From Candidatus Bathyarchaeota archaeon (lineage in GTDB: Archaea; Thermoproteota; Bathyarchaeia; Bathyarchaeales; Bathycorpusculaceae), in contig CAWAKC010000011.1 of NCBI GenBank assembly GCA_963782525.1, positions 1-64,000 of the forward strand: a stretch of 64,000 nucleotides of DNA. The letters are read 5' to 3'. Shown here in pieces: positions 42,331 to 52,939 of the stretch. The notes under the pieces were generated by a model. It had not been told where the DNA came from, did no database searches, and saw only the letters and a program-made list of their open reading frames with translations. Within the stretch, counting starts at the first letter, position 1. Every line of letters begins with the position of its first letter. A program made the translations under genes and the position numbers.

Positions 42331-43403
42331 TGCCCAAACTCTTCTTCCTCTTATCAGGCGAGAACGAAACGCTGCCCACCGCAGAAGTTAAGGCGATTCT
42401 GGAAGCTGAAGGCTACCTCTACTCCGGTGTGTCGGAGTTTGATCAGATTCTGCGGTTGGAAACGGATGTTGTAAGTGTGCAAGCGGTTCAGGTGCGGTCG
42501 GCATATACGCGGTTTTGTGCCTTGGAACTGTTTGTTGCAAATGCTGATTTTGATGACATCGCAAAGGCAGCGGCGGAAACAGATTTCAAAGCCGTCCTCA
42601 AACCCGGTGAAAGCTTCGTTGTGCGAATAAACCGTATTCGTAACTACGCTGACGAAGCAGTAAACACTATGACGCTTGAGGGCAGACTGGGCAAACAAAT
42701 CCTAAAGCTTACCGAAGGCACAAAAGTCAGCCTAAAAAACCCCGATAAAACATTCATCGGCATAATAACAGACGATAGACTCATTTTAGGCTTAAAATTA
42801 ACAGATATAACAAGCAAAACCTTCAGCGAGCGCCGCCCACGCAAAAAACCTTTTTTCCACCCTTCGGCGATGCCGTCGAAGATGGCGCGTTGCATGGTGA
42901 ATCTGGCGCATGCAAAAGCTGAATCGGTCGTGCTTGACCCATTTTGTGGCACAGGCACCTCACTTATCGAAGCCACATACATAGGCTGCCGAGCAGTAGG
43001 CGTTGACGCTCAAAGGCGGATGATTTTGGGCACGAGAAAAAACCTGCGATTCTTCAGCATTGACGCCGAAGGGTTGGTTTTGGCTGATTCACGAAATCCC
43101 CCATTCTTTAAAGTTGACTGTGTTGTAACTGACCCGCCTTATGGTCGCTCCTCAAGCACCCTGAAATCAACTACCAAGCAGCTGGTTGAAGAAGTTTTAG
43201 CCTCCTCGCTTGTGTTGCTCGGGGCGGGGCAACGGATTTGTATAGCCCTTCCTATACAGGTGAACGGATGTGGTGAAGTAGACCACATGGCACAAGATAT
43301 AGCAAGGTTTGTTAAGAATCTCGGATACAAAACAATTGAATCACATTTGGTTTACATTCACAGCTCATTGACACGGGAAATTATGGTTTACGAAAAAACA
43401 TGA
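42330..43403 (+). CDS. trm11: tRNA (guanine-N2)-methyltransferase Trm11/TrmG10 (THUMP + MTase)
   Basis: RPRKKPFFHPS, LDPFCGTG, TDPPYG. Confidence 0.9.
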   Translation: MPKLFFLLSGENETLPTAEVKAILEAEGYLYSGVSEFDQILRLETDVVSVQAVQVRSAYTRFCALELFVANADFDDIAKAAAETDFKAVLKPGESFVVRINRIRNYADEAVNTMTLEGRLGKQILKLTEGTKVSLKNPDKTFIGIITDDRLILGLKLTDITSKTFSERRPRKKPFFHPSAMPSKMARCMVNLAHAKAESVVLDPFCGTGTSLIEATYIGCRAVGVDAQRRMILGTRKNLRFFSIDAEGLVLADSRNPPFFKVDCVVTDPPYGRSSSTLKSTTKQLVEEVLASSLVLLGAGQRICIALPIQVNGCGEVDHMAQDIARFVKNLGYKTIESHLVYIHSSLTREIMVYEKT

Positions 43404-43505
43404 ACTGCTCACGGATGCGTATCAGCCACTTATTGTATTGATAACATATGAGCCATTTTTATCAAAATGACTCAAACTTACCTGCATATTAGAATAAAAC
43501 GTCTA

Positions 43506-44720
43506 TTAGTTGCGTCCTTTTTTCTTTCTTATAATTAGGAAGGGCCCAAACGTTGTGACAATGTTCGTTAAAATTATCATTGTAACAACTATTACAGGAT
43601 AAATACCTGCATTTGGGATTCCGTACTGTTGGGGAATTACGCTTAATGTCGCATGGGCGAGGCCTTGTCCACACATCAGCGTCATTATAGTCGCATCCTT
43701 TCGCATACCGCTTCTCGTCACAGATAGTCGCACAGCAACATTTCGTAAGCCCAAGTTCAAGAATAGAAAGATTAGTCCTATAGACAAGCCGAAAGTGACT
43801 GAATTATATGATATATCATAAATCAGCCCAAGAAAAACGAAGAAGAATGTTCTAATTAGAAAAGTAAGTTCTGAGTGAAGGTGAGTCAGCTTCTCTTTTT
43901 GTTCTTCAAAGTGTGTGCCAACAATTTTAATTCTAACTAAAGAAGCCACCTTTTTGTAATTGCCCATGACCAAGCCCATGACTAGTGCAGACAACACCCC
44001 ACTCCCTCCAAGGATTTCAACTCCCATAACTGTAAGTATCAGAACGGCTAGCGTTGAAATGTAATTGTACGGTTCATTCCTTATTCTAACGAGAACCCAT
44101 CCCCAAACGATGCCTACCGCTAATCCCAGAAGGATTCCTACTCCAAACTCTGCAAGTATGTTTTCCGTGAAGGTCAATAGGCTAAAGCTACCGCTTAAAT
44201 ACAAGCTCAGCAACGAGAAGAAGAAGACAATGTTAAGGACATCTGTAATTGTTGATTCCAACGACAAAGTCATTGCAGTTTCTTCCGTCATTACTAGTTT
44301 TTTACACAAGGGGATAATGACCATTGAGCTTGTGCCAGCAATCATCGGTCCAAACATTAGAGCCAGGATCCAATCGATGTTTAATAGAAATTTTGCTACT
44401 ACAGAAACAGCAATAGTTACCAAAACAAAATATATTACTGCCAAAAGGGTTGCTCTTCCACTCTGCTTCACCACTTTGGTTATGTTCATATCCATGCCTC
44501 CGTAGAACAAAATCATTATCAAAGACAACTCTATGATGTAAGGAGTTATAGGGGCTAAGTCGTTTTTTGAAAATAAGCCTAAAACAGGACCCAAAATAAT
44601 CCCCAGAATTAACAGAAATAGTATGTCAGGGAATCCTGTTTTTCTGAAAAAAACATCTGCTAGATAGCCAACAACAATCATGAAAGCTACAATTATAAAA
44701 GTTAAGGTCAGATCAATCAT
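43506..44720 (-). CDS. CPA1 cation:proton antiporter
   Basis: PDILFLLILGIILGP, ILFYGG, LESTITD, RTFFFVFLG; about 12 TMs. Confidence 0.9.
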   Translation of the reverse strand: MIDLTLTFIIVAFMIVVGYLADVFFRKTGFPDILFLLILGIILGPVLGLFSKNDLAPITPYIIELSLIMILFYGGMDMNITKVVKQSGRATLLAVIYFVLVTIAVSVVAKFLLNIDWILALMFGPMIAGTSSMVIIPLCKKLVMTEETAMTLSLESTITDVLNIVFFFSLLSLYLSGSFSLLTFTENILAEFGVGILLGLAVGIVWGWVLVRIRNEPYNYISTLAVLILTVMGVEILGGSGVLSALVMGLVMGNYKKVASLVRIKIVGTHFEEQKEKLTHLHSELTFLIRTFFFVFLGLIYDISYNSVTFGLSIGLIFLFLNLGLRNVAVRLSVTRSGMRKDATIMTLMCGQGLAHATLSVIPQQYGIPNAGIYPVIVVTMIILTNIVTTFGPFLIIRKKKGRN

Positions 44721-44809
44721 TTATGCTTCCAGCCAGATCGTTTCAAAATATCTTGGAAATATAGATATAAAAATCCTTGTAAAGTTAAAGCCAAGCTTTC
44801 GTTCAAATC

Positions 44810-44890
44810 TTCGGATACTGAAATCTAGAATCCAATAGAGTTCATGTTCATCGGACATTAACGCGGGAAATTGTGGTTTACGAAAAAACT
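44810..44890 (+). pseudogene. second, decayed copy of the trm11 3' end
   Basis: Translates FGY*NLESNRVHVHRTLTREIVVYEKT, versus the gene end LGYKTIESHLVYIHSSLTREIMVYEKT. Confidence 0.8.
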
Positions 44891-45314
44891 TACCTCTCAA
44901 AGTTGTTTAACGCTTTTCTTTGCTGTATTTTTTTCTAAACTTCGAAGGTTCCCCATTTAACATCTGCTCTCTGTCTACGGTTAATGTGTCCTGGTGCGTC
45001 GCGCTTTTTTGTCTTGGTGGCAAGTATAAAGGATTTGAAAACTGTAGAGCTACACTTTGAAAATCTTTTTTTTAACCTACAGAGATAGAGAATCGGAACT
45101 TCAAAAAGGAAGAAAAATTACATAACTACTAACTGTGTTCCATTCACTCCCATTTTCCGCTATTTTGCTTAAACTGCATCTGAACACACGGCAACCCTCA
45201 CACCAAATTCGCCGTATCTTCGAAACAGGACACATATACATTTCTTAAGTGCGGTGACGAGTTGTGCACAAACTTATTTGTATTGCTTCCCCCAAAACAT
45301 TAAACATATCATAC

Positions 45315-45416
45315 ATAGGCACTGAGCTGGGCTATCGGCATGTGGAATCCCACTTTGCCTGCGTCCACCAGTCGTTGACGAGAGAGATTGCAGTGTTTGA
45401 AAAGGTGACTAAATGA
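45315..45416 (+). pseudogene. third copy (likely ancestral) of the trm11 3' end
   Basis: Translates IGTELGYRHVESHFACVHQSLTREIAVFEKVTK*; its stop overlaps the rnz ATG (ATGA). Confidence 0.8.
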
Positions 45417-46333
45417 GTCTTCGTGTAGTGTTCTTGGGAACAAGCGGAAGTGTACCAACACTAAAACGCAGCTTGCCTTCTGTTGTGGTTCAGCGTCCAA
45501 GGGATCAGTGGATGTTTGACTGCGGCGAAAATGTCCAGCGCCAAATGATGCAGGCAAAGGTTAGTTTTCACCGTAAAATGAAGGTTTTCATTACTCACCT
45601 GCACGGAGACCACGTGCTCGGGTTGCCGGGGCTATTGCAAACGATGGCGCTGATGGATCGCAAAGAACCAGTACAAATCTATGGACCCGTCGGACTCAAA
45701 GATTTTCTGGTCTGCACCAAAGAAACCCTCAACTTCGGCTTAAACTACCCCGTAGAAATCAACCAAATTCTCAGCGAAGGCGTCGTTTGCGACGAAGAAG
45801 AATACCAAGTAATAGCAACCAAATCTAATCATGCCGTTGAAAGTTACGCTTACGCATTTGTGGAGAAGCCACGCCCCGGCAAGTTCTATCCCAAACAGGC
45901 TTTGGCGCAGGGGGTTGCGGCAGGCGAACTTTGGTCTAAGCTGCAGGGAGGCGAAGAAATCATACTCTCAGACGGCAAAGTGGTTAAGCCAAGCGACGTG
46001 ATGGGTCCGATGCGGGCTGGACGCAAAATCATCTATACGGGCGATACTAAACCCTTCGAAGCCTTCGCAAAATTTGCAGCGGGCGCAGATTTGGTTATTC
46101 ACGACTGTACATTTGACGATTCCTTAACTGAGAAGGCTGGGGTAGATGGGCATTCGACGCCAAGCCAGGCGGCTGAGCAAGCAAAAGCTGCAAACGCAAA
46201 ACAGCTGGTGTTGTCTCATATCAGTGCAAGGTACCCCAACGCTGGGCTGCTACTGGAACAAGCCAAAAAAGTCTTCCCAAACACCTTGCTTGCCGAGGAC
46301 TTTATGGAGCTGGAGCTACCCTTAAGCGAGTAG
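45413..46333 (+). CDS. rnz: ribonuclease Z
   Basis: FLGTSGSVP, DCGE, THLHGDH, YTGDT, HST, HISARY. Confidence 0.96.
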   Translation: MSLRVVFLGTSGSVPTLKRSLPSVVVQRPRDQWMFDCGENVQRQMMQAKVSFHRKMKVFITHLHGDHVLGLPGLLQTMALMDRKEPVQIYGPVGLKDFLVCTKETLNFGLNYPVEINQILSEGVVCDEEEYQVIATKSNHAVESYAYAFVEKPRPGKFYPKQALAQGVAAGELWSKLQGGEEIILSDGKVVKPSDVMGPMRAGRKIIYTGDTKPFEAFAKFAAGADLVIHDCTFDDSLTEKAGVDGHSTPSQAAEQAKAANAKQLVLSHISARYPNAGLLLEQAKKVFPNTLLAEDFMELELPLSE

Positions 46334-47104
46334 CTGCTTTAGCTTCTGAATGCTCTGGGGCACCTTATGCATGGATTCTACAACGACGGTTTTGTCGTAG
46401 CCGATTTTATTTAGTGTTTCTGCAAACCAATTGTAGTCAATGTTGCCGTCTTCAACGCCGTTGTGTTGGTCATCTGAGCCATCGTTGTTGCTGGCATGGA
46501 TATGTACGATTTTGTCAGCGAGTATGTTAAAGAAAGGCTGGATTTGCCCTTCCAAGTTGGCGTGTCCAAGGTCCAAGGTTATGCCGATAGGCAGGCTCGT
46601 TTCCTTGTACATCCGCATGAATTCCTCAGGGGTATTCATCAAAAACCAGTATTTTGCTGGCAGGTTTTCCAAGGCTATGTTTATTCCATATTCCTCAGCG
46701 ATTGAGTAGAGTTTTTGGATGCTTTGGCACATCGTTTTGAAATCAGCGCCTTGATAGAATTGCCCGATGCCTGTGCGTTGCCCCGGATGGAACACCCACA
46801 TTTTAGCGTCGATGGCGTTGGCGTTGGCTAATGATTGGGTCAGGCGCTTTAGAGAAGCGTTCAGTAGGGGTTTAACGGGCGAGGCAATGTTGATGTCGGC
46901 GAAGGGTGCATGTAAGCTGTAGGTGAGGTTGTAGCTTTTGGCGGCTTCTTTTAGGAGTGTGATGCGTTTTTTGTCAAGGTCATGGGTGCCGTCGTCCAAA
47001 ATCTCAATGTATTTTGTATCCATAGTGCCTAAGCGTTTTACCATGCGGTTGAAGGGCTCGCTCAGACAGTAGAGCATTGAAACGCCAACTTTTGCCTTAG
47101 ACAT
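46322..47104 (-). CDS. sugar phosphate isomerase/epimerase (xylose isomerase-like TIM barrel)
   Basis: HAPFADINIAS, ALENLP, LDLGHA, HIHASNNDG. Confidence 0.88.
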   Translation of the reverse strand: MSKAKVGVSMLYCLSEPFNRMVKRLGTMDTKYIEILDDGTHDLDKKRITLLKEAAKSYNLTYSLHAPFADINIASPVKPLLNASLKRLTQSLANANAIDAKMWVFHPGQRTGIGQFYQGADFKTMCQSIQKLYSIAEEYGINIALENLPAKYWFLMNTPEEFMRMYKETSLPIGITLDLGHANLEGQIQPFFNILADKIVHIHASNNDGSDDQHNGVEDGNIDYNWFAETLNKIGYDKTVVVESMHKVPQSIQKLKQLLA

Positions 47105-47335
47105 ATCCGTTCCTCTTGTGAGTTAGAATGTTTCTGGTTAAAAGCCAAGTCAACCTAAATAACTTAATCCCAAGACTATTCACGTCCTATTGGAAAGGAA
47201 TTTTCTTCCAAATTTTTGTATTTTATAGGTTCTGATAATAAAATAAATCGACATCTTCGCTCATTTTACGCAAATTTGGAGCACCTTGTAGCTTTGACAG
47301 CCAAAAAATTATAACCTTCTATCTAACATAATTAT

Positions 47336-47686
47336 ATGGAGATTATTGTCTTGACTTTGAACGCTGAAAGGGCACAGAAAATTCTCAGTCCAGTTTCTTA
47401 TAAGCTGGGCTTTCATTTTTTCATGCTGGATGGTCATTATTCAGGTGAAACCGCTATGTCTCTTTGCGGTTTCCTAAAAGATATGGGAAGCATAGATGTA
47501 CAATCAATCCGGTTCCATTTTGAGCGCGGTGATTTTCAAAAGTGGCTAAGAACCACAATTGATGATGAAGAGCTTGCGCAAAGAATAGATAAAATAGGCA
47601 AAACATTGTCAGATAAACAACTAATTCAACAGTTATCAGAGATAGTGCAAAAAAGAATTTCTGAACTGCAGCTGATAGATACTTAG
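47336..47686 (+). CDS. DUF5752-like protein
   Basis: FHFF...FHFERGDFQKWL...DEELA motif. Confidence 0.75.
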   Translation: MEIIVLTLNAERAQKILSPVSYKLGFHFFMLDGHYSGETAMSLCGFLKDMGSIDVQSIRFHFERGDFQKWLRTTIDDEELAQRIDKIGKTLSDKQLIQQLSEIVQKRISELQLIDT

Positions 47687-47779
47687 TGCTTTAGTTTTCA
47701 AAATCGATAGCCAAGTGAAAAGTCAAATTAACTCAAAAGCAAGAAGATTAAATTCCTTTCCAGCTGATATGTAGAAAAA

Positions 47780-48256
47780 TTAAGGTTTTGTGTAGAGGTA
47801 AATAGTGTGTGAAGGATATCCCAACGTTGGGTTTTCGCAGAAATTCTCTACTTTCGTGGGTCGCCAGCCGATTATTTCGTAGTCATGTGAGACGACACGT
47901 GCACCTTTTTTGAGGTCGCTTTCGAGTTTGGGTTTGATTTTCTCGTTGGCGCTCGTCGTTAAGTACAAGTAGACGACGTCGGCTGATGTTAGGTTTACGT
48001 TGAACATGTCTGCGTTCATGATGGTTACGCGGTCATCAAGTCCGCTTTCGTGGATATTGCCCATGGCTTTCTTCGCTAAATCTTCTCGTAGCTCGATGCC
48101 GACGCCTCGGGCGCCAAAAGTCTTTGCCGCCATAATGACGGTTCTGCCGTCTCCTGAACCCATGTCGAAGAGGACTTCGCCAGCCTTCAAATCTGCCAAC
48201 TTAAGCATATATTCTACAACGGTTTGTGGACTTGGAACAAAAGGCGCGATAAACAT
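47780..48256 (-). CDS. class I SAM-dependent methyltransferase
   Basis: APFVPSP, DMGSGDGR, VVSHDY. Confidence 0.9.
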   Translation of the reverse strand: MFIAPFVPSPQTVVEYMLKLADLKAGEVLFDMGSGDGRTVIMAAKTFGARGVGIELREDLAKKAMGNIHESGLDDRVTIMNADMFNVNLTSADVVYLYLTTSANEKIKPKLESDLKKGARVVSHDYEIIGWRPTKVENFCENPTLGYPSHTIYLYTKP

Positions 48257-48295
48257 TTTCAGTTCCTTCTTCTCAAAATATTGGCTATCATGCTG

Positions 48296-48622
48296 TTATG
48301 CCACGTAAGCGTCTTTTTTAGGTTGGGGTCTTTTAGCTTCCCCGCATTTCACGCAACTCTGTGCGCACAGTTCGAGGTATTTTTCTTCATCAGCTTTGCT
48401 TATGGCGTTTGCGGCTTTGGTGCACATTTCGCTAGGTTCATTGCAGCCTTCTTCTTTGCATAGTTTTGATATGTGCTCGCAGATTTCTTGGACGTCTTTA
48501 GGCTCTAAAACTGCTCGGTTTGTGCGTACAAGTAGGCAGAGTTCACGTGCCATGACGCAGGTTTTGACATATTTTATGCGTTCGAGAACTTCATTGCGTA
48601 GGTTCTTTCGGCTAATTTCCAC
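48296..48622 (-). CDS. Cys-rich hypothetical protein
   Basis: 108-aa ORF with multiple Cys; GTG start; co-oriented with neighbours. Confidence 0.7.
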   Translation of the reverse strand: MEISRKNLRNEVLERIKYVKTCVMARELCLLVRTNRAVLEPKDVQEICEHISKLCKEEGCNEPSEMCTKAANAISKADEEKYLELCAQSCVKCGEAKRPQPKKDAYVA

Positions 48623-48707
48623 TTTCTATTCTCCTATGAGCATGACAAGCAGATAAGCCAACTTATGCCTCTTTAAGCTTAAAAGGTTAATGCAATATCT
48701 AAGAAAA

Positions 48708-49532
48708 CTATCGTTTCAGAGTTTTCAGCATGCTTCCTGACTGGTACCCTTCTAAATCAAACGTCACGTATTTGAAGCCAAGTTTTTTCAATTCCCAAGC
48801 CACCTTATCCTGAACAACTACACTGCAAAACAATGCTCTTTCAGCTTTTGCAACTTCGATGCGTGCCAAACCGTCGTGGTCTCTAACGCGAACTTGCTTA
48901 ACGCCTGCCACAGCTTTTACTGCCTGCTCTGCCCTATGCACTCGGAACAGTTTCTCAACTGTAATTTTCTCATTAAACGGTATCCTTGATGCTAGACACG
49001 CCAAGGCAGGCTTATCATGCACACTAAGTCCCATTTGTTTGGCGACTTGGCGAATCTCCTCTTTTGTAAACTTGTTAGCCATCCAAGGACTGTAAACATC
49101 TTTGGCTTCCTGGACCGCTTTAAATCCCGGTCGGTGATCGTTTAAATCTGTAAAGTTAGTGCCTTCAAAAACCGCTTTAAATCCAAGTGCGCGTGTAAAA
49201 TCAACCAAGTTTTTTAGCAGTTCTTTTTTGCAAAAATAGCAGCGGTTTTCGGGGTTGCTGCAGAAATCGGGGTTCTCAAGCTCGTTTGTCTCTATCACGA
49301 ACATTTTGATGCCGATATCCTTCGCTATTTTTTTGGCGTCCTCCAGTTCCTCAGGTGTGTATGTGGGCGACTTGGCTATAACAGCCACCGCTTTCCCACC
49401 TAAAACCTCGAAGCTAACAGCCGCTAAAGTTGAACTGTCCACACCGCCCGAAAAAGCAATTACCACGCCTTCTTTGCCCTTTTCCACGATGAAATGCCTG
49501 AGTTTTTCAAGCTTCTGGGTTAAGTCTTCCAT
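48708..49532 (-). CDS. larE: ATP-dependent sulfur transferase LarE
   Basis: SGGVDS, NRCYFCK, DHRPG, ACLASRIP. Confidence 0.93.
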   Translation of the reverse strand: MEDLTQKLEKLRHFIVEKGKEGVVIAFSGGVDSSTLAAVSFEVLGGKAVAVIAKSPTYTPEELEDAKKIAKDIGIKMFVIETNELENPDFCSNPENRCYFCKKELLKNLVDFTRALGFKAVFEGTNFTDLNDHRPGFKAVQEAKDVYSPWMANKFTKEEIRQVAKQMGLSVHDKPALACLASRIPFNEKITVEKLFRVHRAEQAVKAVAGVKQVRVRDHDGLARIEVAKAERALFCSVVVQDKVAWELKKLGFKYVTFDLEGYQSGSMLKTLKR

Positions 49533-50789
49533 TTAAATTACCTCTTTTTTTAGAACTTCACGGGCTTTTGCAACTGCGTTATCTGATAGTTCTCGGAATG
49601 GTTTTTTGGTTTTTTCCGCTAGTTTCTTTAGGTCGTCGTACTCGGGTTTTATTTGGATGATTTCGCCGTTAAGGTTTTTTGTAACCTTAACCCGAACCGA
49701 CTCTTTGCTACCAGATATAGACAAATCCACATTGTGCAACTCGCGGTCTACGATATGTCGCTCGCAGAAGTAAACCCGAACTCCTAATGTGCCTGTTTCT
49801 TCAATCAAAACCTGAGAAAGGTGCTGTACGTCTTTTCGTTCAGTGATAACCTTGACTATATGCCCCGGCCTGTTCTTTTTGGTGTACATGGGAATGATGC
49901 TTACGTCTTTTGCACCTTCGCTAAGCAGCCTATCGAGTGTGTAACCTAAAACTTCTCCTGAGACATCATCGAGGTTGGTTTCTAAAACAGCGATTTCATC
50001 CTTCCCAATGTCATTTCCCAGAATTATACCGGTTGTAACTCGCAACAAGGCAGGCACCTCCCCAAACTCTTTAGTTCCAGCACCATAGCCAACCTTCAAA
50101 GGCACCATAGAAGGGTAAAAGCGGGTGACCTCATCAACTAAATTAACCAGAATTGAAACTCCTGTCGGCGTTGCAAGTTCGGCTTCTATGGGACCGCCCT
50201 GAAAATGAAAATTCTTGGATTGCAGAATAGCTAACGTGGCAGGTGCGGGACTTGAAACTATGCCATGGGAAAACCTGAATGTTCCACCGCCAACCGCCAC
50301 TGGAGTCGAATAAATCTTCGCTTCAAAAAGGCCCAAGTCATCAAGTGCAACCGCTACGCCAAGTATTTCCGCGGCCGTATCAACTAATGATACCTCATGT
50401 AAATGCGCTTCATCAAAAGAGGTTTTATGTAAATCAGCTTCTGCACCAACGAGTGTGCGGATGGTTTTAGAGGCAAACTGCTGAGCCTTCGCTGAAAGCT
50501 CAAGGGTCCCTGCAGCTTTTTCCACTATGTCGATTAGTTCGCTGCCAAGCCTTTTACTTGCGGATTCTGAGGTTACGTCGATTTGAGAGGCTTTGAATTC
50601 GCCCCGCATTACTTGGTTAATCTTGATTTGGATGTTTTTGTAGCCGTACTCTGGGTTTTCCAGCAACTTTATGGCGGAAACAACTTTGTCGGTGTCTGCT
50701 CCAAGATCCAATAAAGCAGCAAGAATCATGTCTCCGGCGACACCTGAAGCTTGACAATCGAATATCAGTATTTTTTTGGAGTCAGTCAT
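49533..50789 (-). CDS. larC: nickel insertion protein LarC
   Basis: SGVAGDM, HLHEV, PAPAT, ELATPTG, LETNLDD, KKNRPG. Confidence 0.94.
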   Translation of the reverse strand: MTDSKKILIFDCQASGVAGDMILAALLDLGADTDKVVSAIKLLENPEYGYKNIQIKINQVMRGEFKASQIDVTSESASKRLGSELIDIVEKAAGTLELSAKAQQFASKTIRTLVGAEADLHKTSFDEAHLHEVSLVDTAAEILGVAVALDDLGLFEAKIYSTPVAVGGGTFRFSHGIVSSPAPATLAILQSKNFHFQGGPIEAELATPTGVSILVNLVDEVTRFYPSMVPLKVGYGAGTKEFGEVPALLRVTTGIILGNDIGKDEIAVLETNLDDVSGEVLGYTLDRLLSEGAKDVSIIPMYTKKNRPGHIVKVITERKDVQHLSQVLIEETGTLGVRVYFCERHIVDRELHNVDLSISGSKESVRVKVTKNLNGEIIQIKPEYDDLKKLAEKTKKPFRELSDNAVAKAREVLKKEVI

Positions 50790-50869
50790 TCTTTATCACA
50801 AAAATTTAGACATTGGGAATGGGCATAATAGATATATTGCTTAAGGGTTTTTTTAAGTATTGTCCGGTT

Positions 50870-51655
50870 ATGTACACACTTAGAGAAGTTCTTGATAAAG
50901 TTGCCAAAAATGAGCTTTCATCGTCTGAAGCTGAAATCCTTTTAAAGCTTTGTGCCGTCGACGAGGTAGGCTGTTTCGCTAAGCTTGACGGAAACAGAGA
51001 GCTACGCAAGGGCATTCCAGAGATTATTTTGGCTGAAGGCAAAACTGCAGACGATGTCGTTCAAATATCCAACAGCATGCTTGCTAAGAACGGACGCGTA
51101 ATCGTTAGTCGATGTTCAAAGGAACAGGTTCTGGCACTTCAGGACACTTTTTCCAGTGACGTTGACTTAGAAATGAATGACAAAGCCCGAATGGTAGTGA
51201 TAAAAAGGAAAGATTTCGCCGTAAACCCGACTGGCGGAAAAGTTGCGATTTTAACGGCGGGAACCTCCGACATTCCTGTGGCTGAAGAAGCCAAAGTTAT
51301 CGCCCAAGAGATGGGTTGCACGGTTTATTCAACCTACGATGTTGGCGTTGCTGGGATTCACAGGTTGCTTGAGCCGTTAAAAGAGGTCCTGTCAAATGAT
51401 GTTGATGTAATTGTTGTTGTAGCTGGCAGGGAAGGAGCGTTGGCTTCGGTGGTTTCGGGATTAGTTGATGTTCCGGTGGTTGCTGTTCCAACCTCTAACA
51501 GTTACGGTTTTGGCGAAAAAGGTTTGAGTGCGCTTATGGCTATGCTTCAGTCTTGTTCGTTGGGGTTGGCGGTTGTAAACATCGATTCGGGCGTTGGCGC
51601 TGGAGCAGTTGCAACGTTGATTGCGAACCGCGCAGCTAAATTCAGGAATCCTTAG
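50870..51655 (+). CDS. larB: nickel pincer cofactor carboxylase/hydrolase LarB
   Basis: AGTSDIPVAEEA, DVGVAGIHRL, VPTSNSYG, VVNIDSG. Confidence 0.94.
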   Translation: MYTLREVLDKVAKNELSSSEAEILLKLCAVDEVGCFAKLDGNRELRKGIPEIILAEGKTADDVVQISNSMLAKNGRVIVSRCSKEQVLALQDTFSSDVDLEMNDKARMVVIKRKDFAVNPTGGKVAILTAGTSDIPVAEEAKVIAQEMGCTVYSTYDVGVAGIHRLLEPLKEVLSNDVDVIVVVAGREGALASVVSGLVDVPVVAVPTSNSYGFGEKGLSALMAMLQSCSLGLAVVNIDSGVGAGAVATLIANRAAKFRNP

Positions 51656-52186
51656 TTTTAACCAAAAAATTGGTTGCTAGTTGGTGGCTGTAGGTGACAA
51701 CAAATCAATATATTCTATGTAAACTATGATTATTTTGTCGGATGAGGAACACGCTTCACGGTGACACGCAGTATTGGTCGCTAAGTAACTGCTAAAATGC
51801 AGCTGAGATAACGTCAAGGCGGCAAATTGGTAAGTGCTAATGACTAGGCGGTGTTTTCTGTGAGGTTTAGACTCACCCGGCTTTGTTTTTGCTTCAAACA
51901 ATCTACAGCGTGTTGAGAAGACATTTTATTTGAAACCTGATTGATTTGGTTCAATGTATGGGTAAATTGGGTAATTATTTGGGTTTAAATCTGTAAATTC
52001 TTTAAAAGATGGAAATGAACAATGGACTATTGATGGGACGCAGTGTTTGCAGGGTTTTCTGTTTTCATTTTTCTCCTTTACCTGCAAGCACTACTCCCCA
52101 TATGCAAGTTCAAAAACGCGACCTTCTGTCACTGCTTATCCGCAAGCAATAAAAATCTCTAAGACACTTCTATTAGCGGTCTTTTT

Positions 52187-52561
52187 ATGGCAAACCAAAG
52201 AACAATAGATGAAATTTTAGGCAATCTCCAACCAGCCCAGAAAGAAACAATCCAAAACCTGCGTGTCCTCATCAAAAACGCGGTACCAGAAACCATGGAG
52301 TTGGTAAAAAACGAAAAAATCACCTACAAGTTAGATGCCAAAGACTTTGTTTGGATAAGTCATTATCAATCGCATGTTGACTTGGAGTTTTCAATGGGAG
52401 CCAGTCTTGATTCAAATTTGCTTAAGACTCGCGGAGTCGCCGAAAAAAACGATAATATTAGACATATCACGGTAGGCAACTTTGACAAGATAAAGCCTGA
52501 GTTAACTAAACTGCTCAAGCAAGCAGCAGCGATAGGCTTAGAACATTGCCCCACCAAATAA
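52187..52561 (+). CDS. DUF1801/YdhG-like protein
   Basis: L...IKNAVPET.E...HVDLEF..GA.L pattern. Confidence 0.75.
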   Translation: MANQRTIDEILGNLQPAQKETIQNLRVLIKNAVPETMELVKNEKITYKLDAKDFVWISHYQSHVDLEFSMGASLDSNLLKTRGVAEKNDNIRHITVGNFDKIKPELTKLLKQAAAIGLEHCPTK

Positions 52562-52573
52562 ATCAAGGAGCAA

Positions 52574-52939
52574 TCAGAGTTTAGACAAGTTTTCTTTAAC
52601 TCTAAACTGAACTATCCTCTTTACCAAATCATAAGGAATTGGCTTATCTAAAAGAAACCTAATTGTCCCTTTAGACAACTCATAACTCGACAACTCGTCT
52701 TTAAACGCCTCGATTGCTGAGACTTTGGGGAAGAACCCAATGTGATTCTTGAATGCTGCAAACCATACCAAAATGCCGTTCTGTTTGAAAGCAGGCATCT
52801 TATAACTGATGGTCTCTTCCGCTTTCGGCGCTGCTTCCTTGACGGCTTGCCTAACCTTCTCCAAAATCACTTGCACATCTTTCGGAAAAGCAGCGATGTA
52901 CTCATCTATAGTTTTGTAGGTTTCCATGGATTTTGGCAT
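52574..52939 (-). CDS. DUF1801/YdhG family protein
   Basis: TIDEYIA, EETISYKMP, KNHIGF, SKGTIRF. Confidence 0.9.
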   Translation of the reverse strand: MPKSMETYKTIDEYIAAFPKDVQVILEKVRQAVKEAAPKAEETISYKMPAFKQNGILVWFAAFKNHIGFFPKVSAIEAFKDELSSYELSKGTIRFLLDKPIPYDLVKRIVQFRVKENLSKL

